From Octopus vulgaris (Eukaryota), in the NCBI GenBank assembly GCA_951406725.2, contig OX597830.1, positions 19,716,001-19,780,000 on the forward strand: 64,000 nucleotides of DNA, read 5' to 3'. Within the stretch, counting starts at the first letter, position 1. Each line of letters starts with the position of its first letter. The notes below the pieces were generated by a model that was not told the origin of the DNA, made no database searches, and saw nothing but the letters and a program-made list of their open reading frames with translations. Below, in pieces: positions 1 through 15,210 of this stretch. A program made the position numbers and the translations under genes.

Positions 1-65
1 ATCTGCTGCAGCGTAAGAAAGCATTCGAATTCCTAAAAATGTTTTTTTAAAGATTTATAGACATA

Positions 66-230
66 GGCGCAGGAGTGGCTGTGTGGTAAGTAGCTTGCTT
101 ACCAACCACATGGTTCCAGGTTCAGTCCCACTGCGTGGCATCTTGGGCAAGTGTCTTCTACTGTAGCCCCGGGCCGACCAATGCCTTGTGAGTGGATTTG
201 GTAGACGGAAACTGAAAGAAGCCTGTCGTA

Positions 231-316
<86 letters not shown>

Positions 317-523
317 TGTGTCTGTGTTTGTCCCCCTAGCATTGCTTGACAACCGATGCTGGTGTGTCTACGTCCCCGTCACTTAGCAGTTCGGCAAAAG
401 AGACCGATAGAATAAGTACTGGGCTTACAGAGAATAAGTCCCGGGGTCGATTTGCTCGACTAAAGGCGGTGCTCCAGCATGGCCGCAGTCAAGCTGACTG
501 AAACAAGTAAAAGAGTAAAGAGT
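66..523 (+). mobile_element. tRNA-derived SINE, family A (CORE-like central motif, internal (TA)n(TG)n), full length
   Basis: A-box-like TGGCTGTGTGGT, B-box-like GGTTCAGTCCC, CORE-like CTTGGGCAAGTGTCTT, 3' end GACTGAAACAAGTAAAAGAGTA; more than 15 similar copies in the window. Confidence 0.9.
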
Positions 524-659
524 ATAGGCCACCGTCGGTTATTTTATTGTATTTTCTTTGCTTCTACAAACATAGTAAACCCAGACAATAATTTACTGCA
601 GCAAAAAATAGACCAAACCATTCCAGGACCAGCAGCAGCAGCAGAACCATCACGGAAAA

Positions 660-1790
660 CCCCCCGCCGCCACCACCACTACCATCACCGTCGCAGCCAC
701 CGCCGCCACCGACAACCACGACACTACTACAACAATACTAACGCGAAAGTCTCACCATCAGACACTGCTCCATACCACCATCACCGTTTCTGCCAGCATC
801 AATACGAAGAACAACGACAACAATAACAGCAGCAATATCAACGCAACAACTTCACAATCAGACACCATTCAACACGACCACCACGACCACCACGACCACC
901 ACCATTATCACCATTATCACCACCACCACCACCATCATCACCAATACCGTCACCACCACCACTACCACAATCACCACCATCACTATCACCAATACCGTCA
1001 CCACCACTAACCACCAGCGCCACCACCGCTACAACCATCACCACCGCCATCATTATCACCATAATCACCACCACTACTACCATCACAACCACCACCACTC
1101 CTACAATCACCACCACTACCACAATCACCACTACCGTTACCACCACTAACCATCACCGCCACCATCACAGTCACCACTACGATCACCATCACTACCACAA
1201 TCACCACCATCACTATCACTAATACCACCACCATCATCACCACTACTACTACTACTACTACCATGATTACCACCACCACAACCATCACCACCACCATCAT
1301 CACCACCACCACCACCACCACCACCATCACCACCATCACCATTACCACCACCACCACCACCACAATCACCACCACCACCACCACCACCACAATCACCACC
1401 ACCACCACCACCCACCATCACCACCACCACCACCACCACAATCACCACCACCACCACCACCACAATCACCACCACCACCACCACCACCACAATCACCACC
1501 ACCACCATCACCACCACAATCACCACCACCACCACCACCACCACAATCACCACCACCACAATCACCACCACCACCACCACCACCACCACAATCACCACCA
1601 CCACCATTACCACTACCATCAACAGCATCACCGCCACCACTACCACCATCACTATCACCTCCACCAACACCACCACCAGTACTACCACCGCCGCAACAAC
1701 AACAATACCAACAACAACAACAACAGCAATACCAACGCCACAACCATTCACTTATCACACATCATCCCCCCCCCACACACACACCGCCGC
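660..1790. repeat. Degenerate (CAC/ACC/CAT)n trinucleotide low-complexity tract
   Basis: Continuous CAC-type repeats; the poly-Thr/His/Val/Gly ORFs in all frames are its translations. Confidence 0.95.
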
Positions 1791-2138
1791 GCACCTTAGC
1801 AATATACAACAGGCGTCAAGTCTAACAACACGTTTTTTTTAAACCATCAGACACAGCATCTCTTCATCAACACCACCGAACGACCCGTCTTCATCATTTC
1901 CCACGCCGCCGTAGCATCATCATCAACAACAACAACAAAAACAACAAGTTCAAAACAACATCTTCGTCATCAGACATTACGTCTCTTACACATCACTCCG
2001 CCGCCTTACCAGCAACAGCAGCAACAACAATATCAAGAGAACAGGCTTCACCATCAGACTCCACATCACATTATGTAGGAGGCTGCCATGAACTGCATTG
2101 CAGCAGATTAAGAACTATTCAATATTTTCTTACTTTCG

Positions 2139-2718
2139 ACACACACGCACACACTCACGCACACACACACACGCACATACACACACGCACACACACAAAC
2201 ACACAGACACACACACATACACACACACACAGACAGACACAGACACACACACACACACACACACAGACACACGCACACACACACACACACACACTCACAC
2301 ACACACAAACACAAACACAAACGCACAGACACACACACACAGACACACAGACACAGACACACACAGAAACACACGCATACACAGACACACACACACGTTA
2401 GCATACACAGACACACACACACGTTAGCATACACAGACACACACACACGTTAGCATATACGGACACAAACGCACACACATGGCACACACATACTCACATT
2501 TTCGTATACGCACACAGTGATGCACAAATGCATATGTAACACCCACACATACATACATATACACACATACATACATACACACACACATACATACACACAC
2601 ATACATACATACATACATACTCACACACACACATACATACACACACATACATACATACATACATATACACACACATACATACACACATACACACATACAT
2701 ACATACATACACACATAC

Positions 2719-2751
<33 letters not shown>

Positions 2752-2950
2752 TACAAACATACATACATACATACATACATACAAACATATACACACACAC
2801 ATACATACATACACACACACACACATACATACATACATACATACATACATACATACATACATACATACATACATACATAGCATATGCACATAAGCGTTGC
2901 ATACACACTTACACATCGTGATATACGCCAGGCCCATACATATATAGACA
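2139..2950. repeat. Compound (CA)n/(CATA)n microsatellite
   Basis: Direct reading. Confidence 0.95.
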
Positions 2951-2989
2951 CACACCTGTATGTCTACATACAGGTATGTGTTGTGTTGA

Positions 2990-4980
<1,991 letters not shown>

Positions 4981-5508
4981 ATATCTTACAGACTCATATG
5001 TGTATGTATCTGTATCAATGTTAGTGAGTGGGAGTCGGCAGGTGTCTATGTATATTTGTCTATTAGTTCGTCATATAAGTTGGGCGTGGCAGAATACCTG
5101 ACCTTTGCAGGTCAACCCTTCGCAGTTTAGTGAGATTGGAACAGTTAATGCTTAATTTCAAGAACTGTTGATGGAAGTCTTCAAGTGGAACAGGAACCAG
5201 GGGCGGAATTACAGTGAAGGAAGAACTGGGTGCGGTACGTATGGTAGGATCTGCGGATATTAATATAATAGGGTGGCGAGTGTCGTACGGAAGAGAGAGA
5301 GACAAGTGTGTAGCACGGGCTAGGTTCAATCGGGTGGGAACAGTATAGGCAGTGGTAGTGGTGGTCGGAAAAACAACAGAGAAGAATCAGTGAGCCTATA
5401 GTTGTAGCATATTGGTGAGTGAATATTTGTGGAACAGTAAAATGGTCTTTTGGTGAGACGCACTTTAGGATGTTAATGTGGGTGTGTGTGTGTGGGTGTG
5501 TGTATGTG

Positions 5509-5547
<39 letters not shown>

Positions 5548-5639
5548 ATGTGTGTGTGTGTATGTGTGTGTGTGCGCGTGTATTTGTGTATGTTTATGTG
5601 TGTTTATGTATGAGTGTGTATAGACGTGGCTCTGTTCCA

Positions 5640-5830
5640 TTGTTGTCGGCAACATCTCTAATGGGGTTTCTAATTGAGTTTAGTAGAGGGTCGTAGCTAA
5701 TCAGGACTGGAATGTTTTCGGACCCCGAAGAAGAGGTCGAGTCTTTTGCAGATAATTTTAGCAATGAGCTCACCATACCACTATGTGAGAATACGAATTT
5801 TACCATTTGCGGGCGCTACTTACTGGGCAT
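5640..5830 (-). pseudogene. Possible decayed Penelope-like element fragment
   Basis: Minus-strand peptide NIPVLISYDPLLNSIRNPI resembles the PLE RT-to-GIY-YIG linker motif IPLVxTYHP; short and weak. Confidence 0.3.
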
Positions 5831-6409
5831 CAGAAAGACGTTAGGCAAGTAGGAACAAGACCCCTTTCTGACTAGAAGATTTATTTTCTCACAATTCAAT
5901 GGGAGCATGAAGTTTCTTTAGTGATGACTCCCCTCTATCTTCCGGGCCCCTCTTTGCCTATTCGGGTCCTGGACCGATTTATCATCTGAACCCCTCTCTT
6001 ATCGGTTATGTTACTTGCGAGGTATATTTGAAAAAGACAGGGTGTTCAGAAGGACAATGTTGTCTTGACCTTGATGAACGGTGTGATTCAGATCTCTGTT
6101 CGCGGAAACAGTATAGGTGGTAGACCCTTAGATACACATGGATGGTATTTGAATGTAAAAATGTTAGCGGGGATTGAAAAGTAGTGTTATAGTCACAGGG
6201 TTATACATTTTTAGTATTGACAGCATCTAGGTCATTTAAGTACAAACATTAAAATGCAGGAAACATAACAGAACCATGCGGTCGACCAAATTCAAGAGAC
6301 TGTGAAATGGAAACAATATTGTCAACAGATACTTCAACAGAACATTTTGAAAAAAAAATTCAGATCTCCCTCTATATATATTTATATATTTATTTATATA
6401 TAAGTACGT

Positions 6410-6733
6410 GAAGGCGCGTGGCTTAGTGGTTAGGGTAATCGACTCATGGTCGTAAGGTCGTGAGTTCAATTCTCGGCGGCGTGTTGTGTCCTTGAGCAAG
6501 ACACTTTATATCACGTTGCTCCAGTCCACTCCGCTGGCAAAAATGAATTGTACCTGTAATTCAAAGGACCAGCCTTGTCATAATCGGTGTGTCACGCTGA
6601 ATCCCACTGAGAACTACGTAATGGGTACACGTGTCTGTGGAGTGCTCAGCCACTTGTACGTTAATTTCACGAACAGGCTGTTCCGTTGATCGGATCAACT
6701 GGAACCCTCGTCGTCGCAACCGACGGCGTGCCA
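6410..6733 (+). mobile_element. tRNA-derived SINE, family C
   Basis: Head GGCGCGTGGCTTAGTGGTTAGG...GAGTTCAATTC, CTTGAGCAAGACACTT; 3' part shared with 25345-25577, 51050-51430, 54222-54505; TSD ATATAAGTAC at 6398-6407 and 7099-7108. Confidence 0.9.
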
Positions 6734-6750
6734 GTTTGTAATATGCTACT

Positions 6751-7088
6751 GAGACCCCCTTTGGATCATGACTGACCATGGGATTGCACCTAGAAAGTTA
6801 CCCTCCCAGGCACAAGTCCGGGCAAGGTTGTTTATGGAAGACCAGCAGTCACCCATGCATACCGGCCTCCCCTCTCCACCCCACCGGTGTTATCCAGGGG
6901 AAAGGCAAAGGGGCCGATACAGCTTGGCACCAGCGACGTCGCAACTCATTTCTACAGCTGAGTGAACTGAAGCAACGTGAAATAAAATGTCTTGCTCAAG
7001 AACACAACACGCAGCCCGGTCCAGGATTCGAATTCACAACTTTACGATCGTAAGCTCGACGCTCTAACCACTGAGTCATGCGCATTCA
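6751..7088 (-). mobile_element. tRNA-derived SINE, family E, inserted at the 3' end of the family C copy
   Basis: Homologous to 40470-40785, 50680-50990, 56012-56350; TSD AGTTTGTAATAT at 6733-6744 and 7091-7102. Confidence 0.9.
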
Positions 7089-7266
7089 CTAGTTTGTAAT
7101 ATAAGTACATATGTACGAAAGTAGGCGTGCACATAATCACACACAAGTATGTGTATTGTGTACGTATAATATATTCTTGTGCTAAAAGGATTTTCATATT
7201 GTTACTTTGTAAAAAAATTGTGTCTGAAAATGACGCAATCGTTTTTTGAAAAAATAATATCAATGA

Positions 7267-7678
7267 CTATCAGTATCGCCCGGCGTTGCTCGGGTTTGTA
7301 AGGGAAATAACTATATACGCATTTTTAGAGATGTAAAGTATAATAGCCATCTCAATATGGCTAACCACAAAGGGGGGGGGGGAGTGTTACTGTAGCTTTT
7401 TACGTTCTGAGATTCAATAATAAATTTTTAGAGTTACTTCCCTTATATAATAGCAGAAAAATGCATTACAAATGGGAAAAATTGATGGTAATTTTTTTTT
7501 TTTAATCGTAGACTCATCGTAGACTCATCGTAGACGCGCGCTAATACCCAGAAGGGCTCGATATGAATCACGACTATAAGATACCCGGTTTTGGTTAAAC
7601 TGCACCGCAAAATGTGGGAGTAGTTAGGAATCTAAATCGTAGGAGACAGACACACAACTTCACTTTTATATATAAAGA
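7267..7678 (-). mobile_element. Non-autonomous Helitron
   Basis: On the minus strand it starts TC (TCTTTATATATAAAAG) and ends with subterminal hairpin CCCGAGCAACGCCGGG then ATAG (CTAG in the sister copy at 30565); inserted between A and T, no TSD. Confidence 0.8.
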
Positions 7679-7729
7679 TTTCATTGGATCTCGTTTGTCT
7701 TTGGTGAAGTTAAAATTGATATTCTTCTT

Positions 7730-8025
7730 GTCAGAGTTTGAGTGAGAAGCTCGCTTTGCAACCACATGGTTTCAGGTTCAATCCCACTGCACAGTACCTT
7801 CGACAAGTGTCTTCTACTATAGTACCCTGGATCGACAAATGAATGAAGTTAGTAAACGGAAATTGTATGGAAGTCTATCGTATAGGCATGTGTGTCTGTG
7901 TGTTTCTGTTTGTCCGCCACCCCAACCAGTGTTGATAACCAGTGTTGGTTTGTTCATATCCCCGTAATTTAGCAGTTCGGCAAAAAAAGAGTATCGTTCT
8001 TAAAAAAGATAAGTACTGCGGTCGA
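7730..8025 (+). mobile_element. SINE family A, diverged
   Basis: AACCACATGGTTTCAGGTTCAATCCCACTG...CCCCGTAATTTAGCAGTTCGGCAAAA. Confidence 0.8.
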
Positions 8026-8312
8026 GTTAGAGAAAGAGGACTAGATTATACCGGGCAGTAGCGGAGAAGTAGTGAGCGACTGGTTAAGGACTCTCTGCTT
8101 TGGACTCCTAAGTACGGTACTACTCGTATTGGTTGCCCTACAAAGACAATATACGTTGGTCAGTTAACAATTGACAGCGAGACGATGTTATCGAGATGAC
8201 GTCACATTCCATGGAAGATAGAGGTGCAAGGAGGGTGAGTGTAAAGTCACATGAACGCGAACACGCTCTATCAGAGCAGAAAAATTTGTAGCACACAGTT
8301 GCGCGGTTAATA

Positions 8313-8685
8313 TCTCTCTCTATATAAACGGCAAAATGTCAGTCTGTGTGTGTGTGTGTCCTTTATGCAAATTCACAATTTTTTCAGTTAGAGGGTTCGC
8401 ACTTTCTATGGTTATTCAAAACCGTCCAAGGGTGGTCGTGCACATCTTTACATTTCCCCAGTCACCCCGCAAAGCCATTAAAAAATCAATAGAAGTGACG
8501 TTTTTGTGAATTTTCTATCCAAAACCCAATCAAAATGCCTGAAACTTGATACACCAATTGAATGCTAGCTAGCTGTATGTGATTGGTCGGAGATTTGGAC
8601 AGTACTCGCGTTTATGTGCGCATGCACGCAGCTGTATATGCATGCACTAGCACTATGACCCGGTGTTGCCGGGTCATAGTGCTAG
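8313..8685 (+). mobile_element. Non-autonomous Helitron with extended terminal hairpin
   Basis: A|TCTCTCTCTATATAAACGG start; GACCCGG-TGTTG-CCGGGTC hairpin then CTAG|T end. Confidence 0.8.
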
Positions 8686-8700
8686 TACATTATAAAAGTA

Positions 8701-8930
8701 AGGCGGCAATCTGGCAGAATCGTTAGCACGCCGGGTAAAATACTTAACGGCATTTCATTAAGTATTTCGTTACGTTCTGTTACGTTTTGAGTTCAAATAC
8801 CACCGAGGGTGGCTTTGCATTTCCTTCTTTATAGGGTTGATAAATCGAGTTCCAGTTAAACACAGGATCGATGTAATCGCCTTAACACCTCCCCCGATAT
8901 CGCTGGCCTGGTGCCAAAATTTGGAACTAA
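8701..8930 (+). mobile_element. SINE family B (Meta-domain-like), diverged
   Basis: GGCGGC..CTGGCAGAATCGTTAGCACGCCGGG head, GAGTTCAAAT B box. Confidence 0.8.
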
Positions 8931-9023
8931 TATCTTTTATAAATGTTGACAGCCGGCAGCAGCAGCAGCAGCACCAGCAGCTATCATTGCTGCTGTAGTT
9001 GTCATTACAGCTGCTGTTTTTTT

Positions 9024-9615
9024 TCTTCTTCTTCTTCTTCTTCTTCTTCTTCTTCTTCTTCTTCTTCTTCTTCTTCTTCTTCTGCTTCTTCTTCTTCTTC
9101 TTCTTCTTCTTCTTCTTCTTCTTCTTCTTCTTCTTCTTCTTCTTCTTCTTCTTCTTCCAACCACGACTCACGCCATTAGCCACAAAGAATAATCTCTAAT
9201 TCGAGCCTACTCTAAACTACTAAGAATGTGTGCGGCAACTTGAAGATTCACCCACCACACGCGATGATAGACGGTGCGAAAGCTACGTTGTTACCCTCAT
9301 TCCGCAAACGGTGGCTTTTAACGGGTGGAGAGCTGAACCATCCTGGGGTACAGAGGATTCGCAATCTAGACTAGGGTCTGAAAGTTTACCACACCATAGT
9401 GGGTTCCTCTGCTTTGTGGCAGAAGTAGGAAGAAAGAGTGAGAGAAAGTTGTGGTGAAAGAGTACAGTGGGGTTCACCCCCCCCCCACCCGCCGGAGCCT
9501 CGTGGAGCTTAGGTGTTTTTGCTCAATAAACACTCACAATGCCCTGTCTGGGAATCGAAACTGCGTTCTTACGACTGCGAGTTCGCTGCCCTAACCACTG
9601 GGCCATTACGCCTCC
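9024..9615 (-). mobile_element. SINE family D with (GAA)n tail
   Basis: Reverse complement of 10183-10640 and 22031-22636; (CTT)n at 9024-9157. Confidence 0.9.
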
Positions 9616-10182
9616 ACATGTGTTGCTGTTGCTGCTGCTGTTATTGAAGTTGCTGCTGCTGTTATTGCTGTCGTTGCTGTTGTTGTTATTATTGTTGTTG
9701 CTACATATGTGGTTTATCTTCGAACCAATCCTGTTTATATATGATGTATGGCCAAAGGCGTTCCAGCGTGACCATTGCATTCTCTTAGGGGTGTGTAGGA
9801 TACAGCATGTAATGTGTAACTGTCCATATATGCGTTTTTGAGGGTGGTTTGAGGGCGATTTGACTTATTTCTTATAGGTCAAGGATCTATGATAGAGGTT
9901 CCAACGTGGATTCGCTCAGCAGCTGTTGTCATGTGACAAATCTATTTCGAAAGTCATTAATTGCAAATAACGACGAAAAATCAATTTGCACTTTTTTTTT
10001 TTTTTTTTGTAGATAACGTATATTTCATTTTCCTGTGCAAAAATTAATTTTCACTAATCTATATAATATCGAAAGCTTCGAACCAAGAGGCGCCTCAAGA
10101 TAGCCATCCGCTCTGCTAAAAATATCTGCTAAATTTCCTTTAAATTCTACCCTACCGCCTTAACACAGAACCACAGCACTAT

Positions 10183-10640
10183 GGAGGCGCAATGGCCCAG
10201 TGGTTAGAGCAGCGGACTCGCGGTCGTAAGAACGCGATTTCGATTCCCAGACCGAGCATTGTGAATGTTTATTGAGCAAAAACACCTAAGCTCCACGAGG
10301 CTCTTTCACCACAACTTTCTCTCACTCTTTCTTCCTACTTCTGCAACAAAGCAGAGGAACCATGGTGTAACCCACTATGGTGTGGTAAAATTTTCAGACC
10401 CTAGTCTAGATTGCGAATCCTCTGGACCCCAGGATGATTCAACTCTCCACCCGTTAAAAGCCACCGTCTATGGAATGAGGATAACAACGTAGCTTTCGCG
10501 CCCGTGCAACCGCCAGTCTATCGCGTGTGATGGGTGGATCTTCAAGTTGCCACACGCATTCTTAGTAGCTTAGAGTAAGCTCGAATTAGGGATTGTTCTT
10601 TGTGGTTAATGCCGTGAGTCCTGATTGGAAGAAGAAGAAG
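10183..10640 (+). mobile_element. SINE family D with (GAA)n tail
   Basis: Head GGAGGCGCAATGGCCCAGTGGTTAG...TTCGATTCCC; TSD ACCACAGCACT at 10170-10180 and 10641-10651. Confidence 0.92.
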
Positions 10641-11039
10641 ACCACAGCACTTTGAGCCGTTCATAAATGCCTTTGTCTTATCTAACACAACCCGTGTAAT
10701 TTTCTCGTTTTCCAAATATGTTTTGCATTTGCTGTGATGTTTTCCATCTGGCGATAACATGTTTTGTTCTACTGGTACAGATGGCTTTTGAAGGGGTGCC
10801 TTGTAAGACATGTGTAGCCTTTCTTTGGGTATTTGCAGTTTAAGGGATAAAGTTGTATATCCCGGAAACTGCATGCCGGTTCCTTTCGCTCTATGCTTGT
10901 TTCGTTCTAATGCCGCTGCGTTTATAGATATAAATGAAAATAAAATACACGAATTACCCAGAGAAAAATATTCCATTACCGCCTTAGGAAATTTACTCAA
11001 ATATACCCATCGAAAACAATTGGGAAATGTGGTAAAACA

Positions 11040-12440
11040 TAAATGATTGAAGACCAACTTCGTCGTCGGGAACACAAATGAAAGAAATCATAATATGAAA
11101 ATGGTCCCAGATTAAAATCTCTAAAATATTCATCACAAAATAATGAACTAGATGTATTCGAAAAGGACCTCCTTTGCTCGGAGAATTAAAAAAAAACCCA
11201 GTAAGAACGATTTCCAACACAAACTAAAATTGGATTTAAAGATAACAATCTTGCAAAACCTGTTCATATTTACAGACAAATCAAAGAACATGTACGAGGT
11301 CAGTAGACTCATGAACAACAGTCTTTCACACAATAGCATGTAATGAAATCAGCACAGAAGCACAACAAACCGACATACAACATAACATTTTCAAGACAAA
11401 CATAAATATATCACGAAAAAAAAAATGAAAGAAGAAAAATCGGTGTCCATGACACTGAATGATCTGAAAAAAAAACAAGAAATATTACCTAATTGTAGAC
11501 TCATTAATCTTGCCAAAAGTGAATTTGGAATAGTTGTAAAAAAAACAATTTGATAGATTAAACGCTAAAAAAAACATTGCTAGAACAATTTGAATATGTA
11601 GAATAACATGGCGTCAGTGAACACGTGGCTCAACGACATCGAAAACAAAAATAAATGTTAATTTATCTAATTTGATGTCGTTGATTATTATTCTCTAAAC
11701 CTAACGACAACTGACATTTATAAGGAACGAATAGTTGTAGCATTTAATAAATTCAGAGTAGTGGATTTTACGACAGTATCTTACAACAGTGAATCTTAAA
11801 ACGGTAAATTTTCTGGATGTTAAAATTAACATAAACTGCATAAGCGCTTGAAGAAACCTCGTAGTACCACCCATCATACAAGTACTTTCCATTCAGACAT
11901 CTAGCAAAATGCATTAGGTTGAAGATAAATGCATCATCCTTCGATAAAGTTATTTTTAACATCACAGCAGAGTAGTAAGCGAGGCGATGTTACGTAGCCG
12001 ATACCATCAAGTACATAAGAACATCATCTTGCGGTTGCCCTAAAAGCACTGGGAAGAGAAATATCGTATGGTGTAATCCACCTTGCAGTATGAGTGTAAA
12101 AACTGTTATAAAATTATTTCCTCTTTTCAATCAGAAAATATATTTCGGATGGGTATAAATTATATCAGCTGCCCAATAAAATGCAATAAAGGTACACTAT
12201 GGCCACGTAGTAGATATGTCAAAAGTTACTGTCACATGAAAAACATGTAATTGATTTCTTAATACAAATATGTTGCAAACACACGTAGTTCCATGAAAGT
12301 CGACATATAATTGCTGAACTATAGATTTTTGTTCGCTGAAGTGTAAATGTCTAGAAAATAAAAAAAAAACAAAAAAAAAAAAGCTCAGTGTATGTCACAC
12401 TGATGTCTCTAACTAACTATATTGGTCTTACACGCTAATG
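11040..12440 (+). pseudogene. Decayed Penelope-like retroelement RT plus GIY-YIG start
   Basis: Frame-broken motifs FIFTDKSKNMYEV, CRLINLAKSEFGIV, FDVVDYYS, VNFLDV, NIVWCNPPCSMSVKT, YIGLT match PLE RT/EN consensus; 10652-10990 may be an inverted 3' piece. Confidence 0.85.
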
Positions 12441-13135
12441 AGTCAACAAGTCAATGGAAGATCCTCACCACTGTCGATCGACTTGCTCAAAATACCAACC
12501 AAATCTCCCTCAAAAAACAACCTGTCGTCTTTTCAGAAAAGTAGAAACATTGGGTAATGGGGTTTATCTGAATAGAAAGTGATATGATCACACCTGGAAA
12601 ATGCTTTACTTAATTAGAGTTGAACTATGGTTAAACAATAACACAGGACTTGCAGAAAACGTCTTCTAGTGTCACCTACAACGTAACAACAGCTCATTTT
12701 ATCGTCTTCACTTAGAAAGCACCTCGGCACTTTCAAAGCGTATGTAGAAAACGTGAGACAAAGGAAAGTACACTAATATCACAGGGACAATGTTACTAAG
12801 CGCAAAGGTTTTGTAGAAACAGATCAAAGTTATGCGAATCCTTTCATATAAAGGAATTCCATGTCATTGACCAGTATTTACCAATCTGAAATAAAAGTGT
12901 GGACTATTGTCAACGTGCTGGCAAATACCCATTTTCTTCGGAAATTATAAAAAAGAGTCTCGATCATTCACGCATGAAAGATGAGAGAGAAGAAACCTGC
13001 GACTTACACCACATTGACACCTCTTGTAATGCTTACGAAGCTAACAATTATTTATCAACTTTTGTTTTCCGTGCGAAAGCGATGATGTGTACGCTAGACC
13101 TAAGGGCCGATCCAACGAAACCGTGATTCGGCTGT

Positions 13136-13245
<110 letters not shown>

Positions 13246-13262
13246 TGTATGTATGTATGTAC

Positions 13263-13469
13263 ACTTTTATTCTTTTACTTGTTTCAGTCATTTGACTGCG
13301 GCCATGCTGGAGCACCGCCTTTTTAGTCGAAGAAATCGATCCCAGGACTTATTCTTTGTAAGCCTAGTACTTATCCTATCGGTCTCTTTTGCCGAACCGC
13401 TAAGTTACGGGGACATAAACACGCCAACATCAGTTGTCAAGCGATGGTGGGGGACAAACACAGAAATAG

Positions 13470-13513
<44 letters not shown>

Positions 13514-14387
13514 GCACACACACACCCGCACACACGATCGATGTTTTTGCCTTGTTAAGTTCTCTTTGTTTTTTTCTCTGCTTGTACGTACATTTTTACT
13601 TAAATATTGTAACTTTTTTGAAACATAGCCCTGCCTGTCACTTTTAGCCTCGTGTAATATATATATATATTTTCGTTTTTCAATATTAATATGTCTACGT
13701 ATAACTCTCTATGTTTTTTTCTGTTAGTGCACCTGTTACGTTATATTCTACTATACACACGTAGCCCTGTTTACATTATACTTCGTCTCGACCTGTTACC
13801 ATTATTTAAAACATATCCGTTAGATTTTTATTCTTATTTTTATATTATAGCTTTCTGCACATATAGACGTGCATACACTTTGATATGTTTGTCTTTTTTT
13901 TCTCTTTCGCCTCTCTCACTATTATTATTACTGTTATTTTTTTCCTTTTACAACTTGCTTGTAAATATCCGATTTTTCCCTATTACCCATTTTGTATTCT
14001 CCCTTATTGTATCTTATTTTGATTTATTTTATTAAACCTTTTTTGATGTCCTAAAAATTCTTCACACTGATTAGTATGACAATACATAAATTTAATTATA
14101 ATTACTATGATTATAATTTTTTTCTTACACATTTGTATTGTCCTTTGAAACGCGCATATGTATTGAATCCTATTTTGTATTAAATCTAAATTTGATGCAG
14201 CATCTTTTTCTCGTCTATTTTTTTTATAATTGTTTATGATATATTTATACCTATAACGATATTTTTCAACAACTATTTTCATATTCTTACTACTTGCTCT
14301 GGCTGTTTCTTTTTTTATGAATATGATGAATCTTTATAAAAAATCATTATTTCTCTCCTTTTGGACCTCTTTTTTAACCTATTTTCC

Positions 14388-14418
<31 letters not shown>

Positions 14419-14560
14419 CGATGGGCTTCTTTTCAGTTTCCGTCTACCAAATGCACTCACAAGGCTTTGGTCAGCTCGAGGCTATAGTAGAAGACACTTG
14501 CCCAAGGTGCCACGCAGGGGGACTGAACTCGGAATATGTGATTGGGAAGCAACCTGCACC
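13263..14560 (-). mobile_element. SINE family A split by a ~850-bp AT-rich insertion in its internal microsatellite
   Basis: 3' half at 13263-13475 and 5' half at 14418-14560 are colinear on the same strand. Confidence 0.8.
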
Positions 14561-14800
14561 TATGTTTATTTATGCCTACACGTACGAATCTGCGATAGAA
14601 CCACTTAACTGGAATATCGTAATCAATACTCTGATTTGTCCTACTAACATTTGAACTGTCGTGATGATCCACATTATTTTCAAAAGCCAGTTTCGTTGAT
14701 GTAAAATACGATGTTGTTTTTGTTAGTGTTGTTTTGTCTTAGAGTCTAGTCTGTCTCTAAGTGAAGCTAGTGCTACATCATCTTACATGTGCTTCTCCGT

Positions 14801-15210
14801 TTAACCCTTTAGAATTTAAACCGGCCATATCAGGCCTGTTTTATGTTTGAACCGGCTAGATCTAGCCTCTTATACCTACCCAGCAAAATAAGCAATCTAA
14901 AAATAAGCAATCACATAATTTTATTTCTTTATTACATACAGGGCGCTAAACATAGAGGGGACAAGCAAGGACAGACAAGGGGATTAAGTCGATTACATCG
15001 ATCCCAGTGATTAACTGGAACTTATTTAATCGACCCCCAAAAGGAAGAAAGGCAAAGTCGACCTCGGCGGAATTTGAACTCAAAGCGTAACGGCAGACGA
15101 AATACCGCCAGGCATTTCGCCCGGCGTGTTAACGTTTCTGCCAGCTCGAAATCTCAAAGCTACGAGATAAGCCATGATTAATTCATAACAATGTAAATTG
15201 ATAAGCATTA
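14801..15210. mobile_element. Possible piggyBac-like MITE fragment interrupted by a SINE B (14922-15148, minus)
   Basis: TTAA|CCCTTTAG start; SINE B sequence is unambiguous; second TIR not found. Confidence 0.45.

Noticed and set aside
479-1799. Long His/Thr/Val/Gly-rich ORFs
   Set aside because: Translations of a (CAC)n tract that is open in most frames on both strands; one starts inside a SINE tail.
8770-9199. Poly-K/R/S/F ORFs (also 22485-22694)
   Set aside because: (GAA)n tail of SINE family D.
12460-12645. Recurring old repeat (also ~9690-9920, 20680-20925, 40825-41000, 61101-61570) and the 51605-51740 / 52965-53080 similarity
   Set aside because: Highly diverged interspersed-repeat remnants; boundaries and class cannot be supported by eye.
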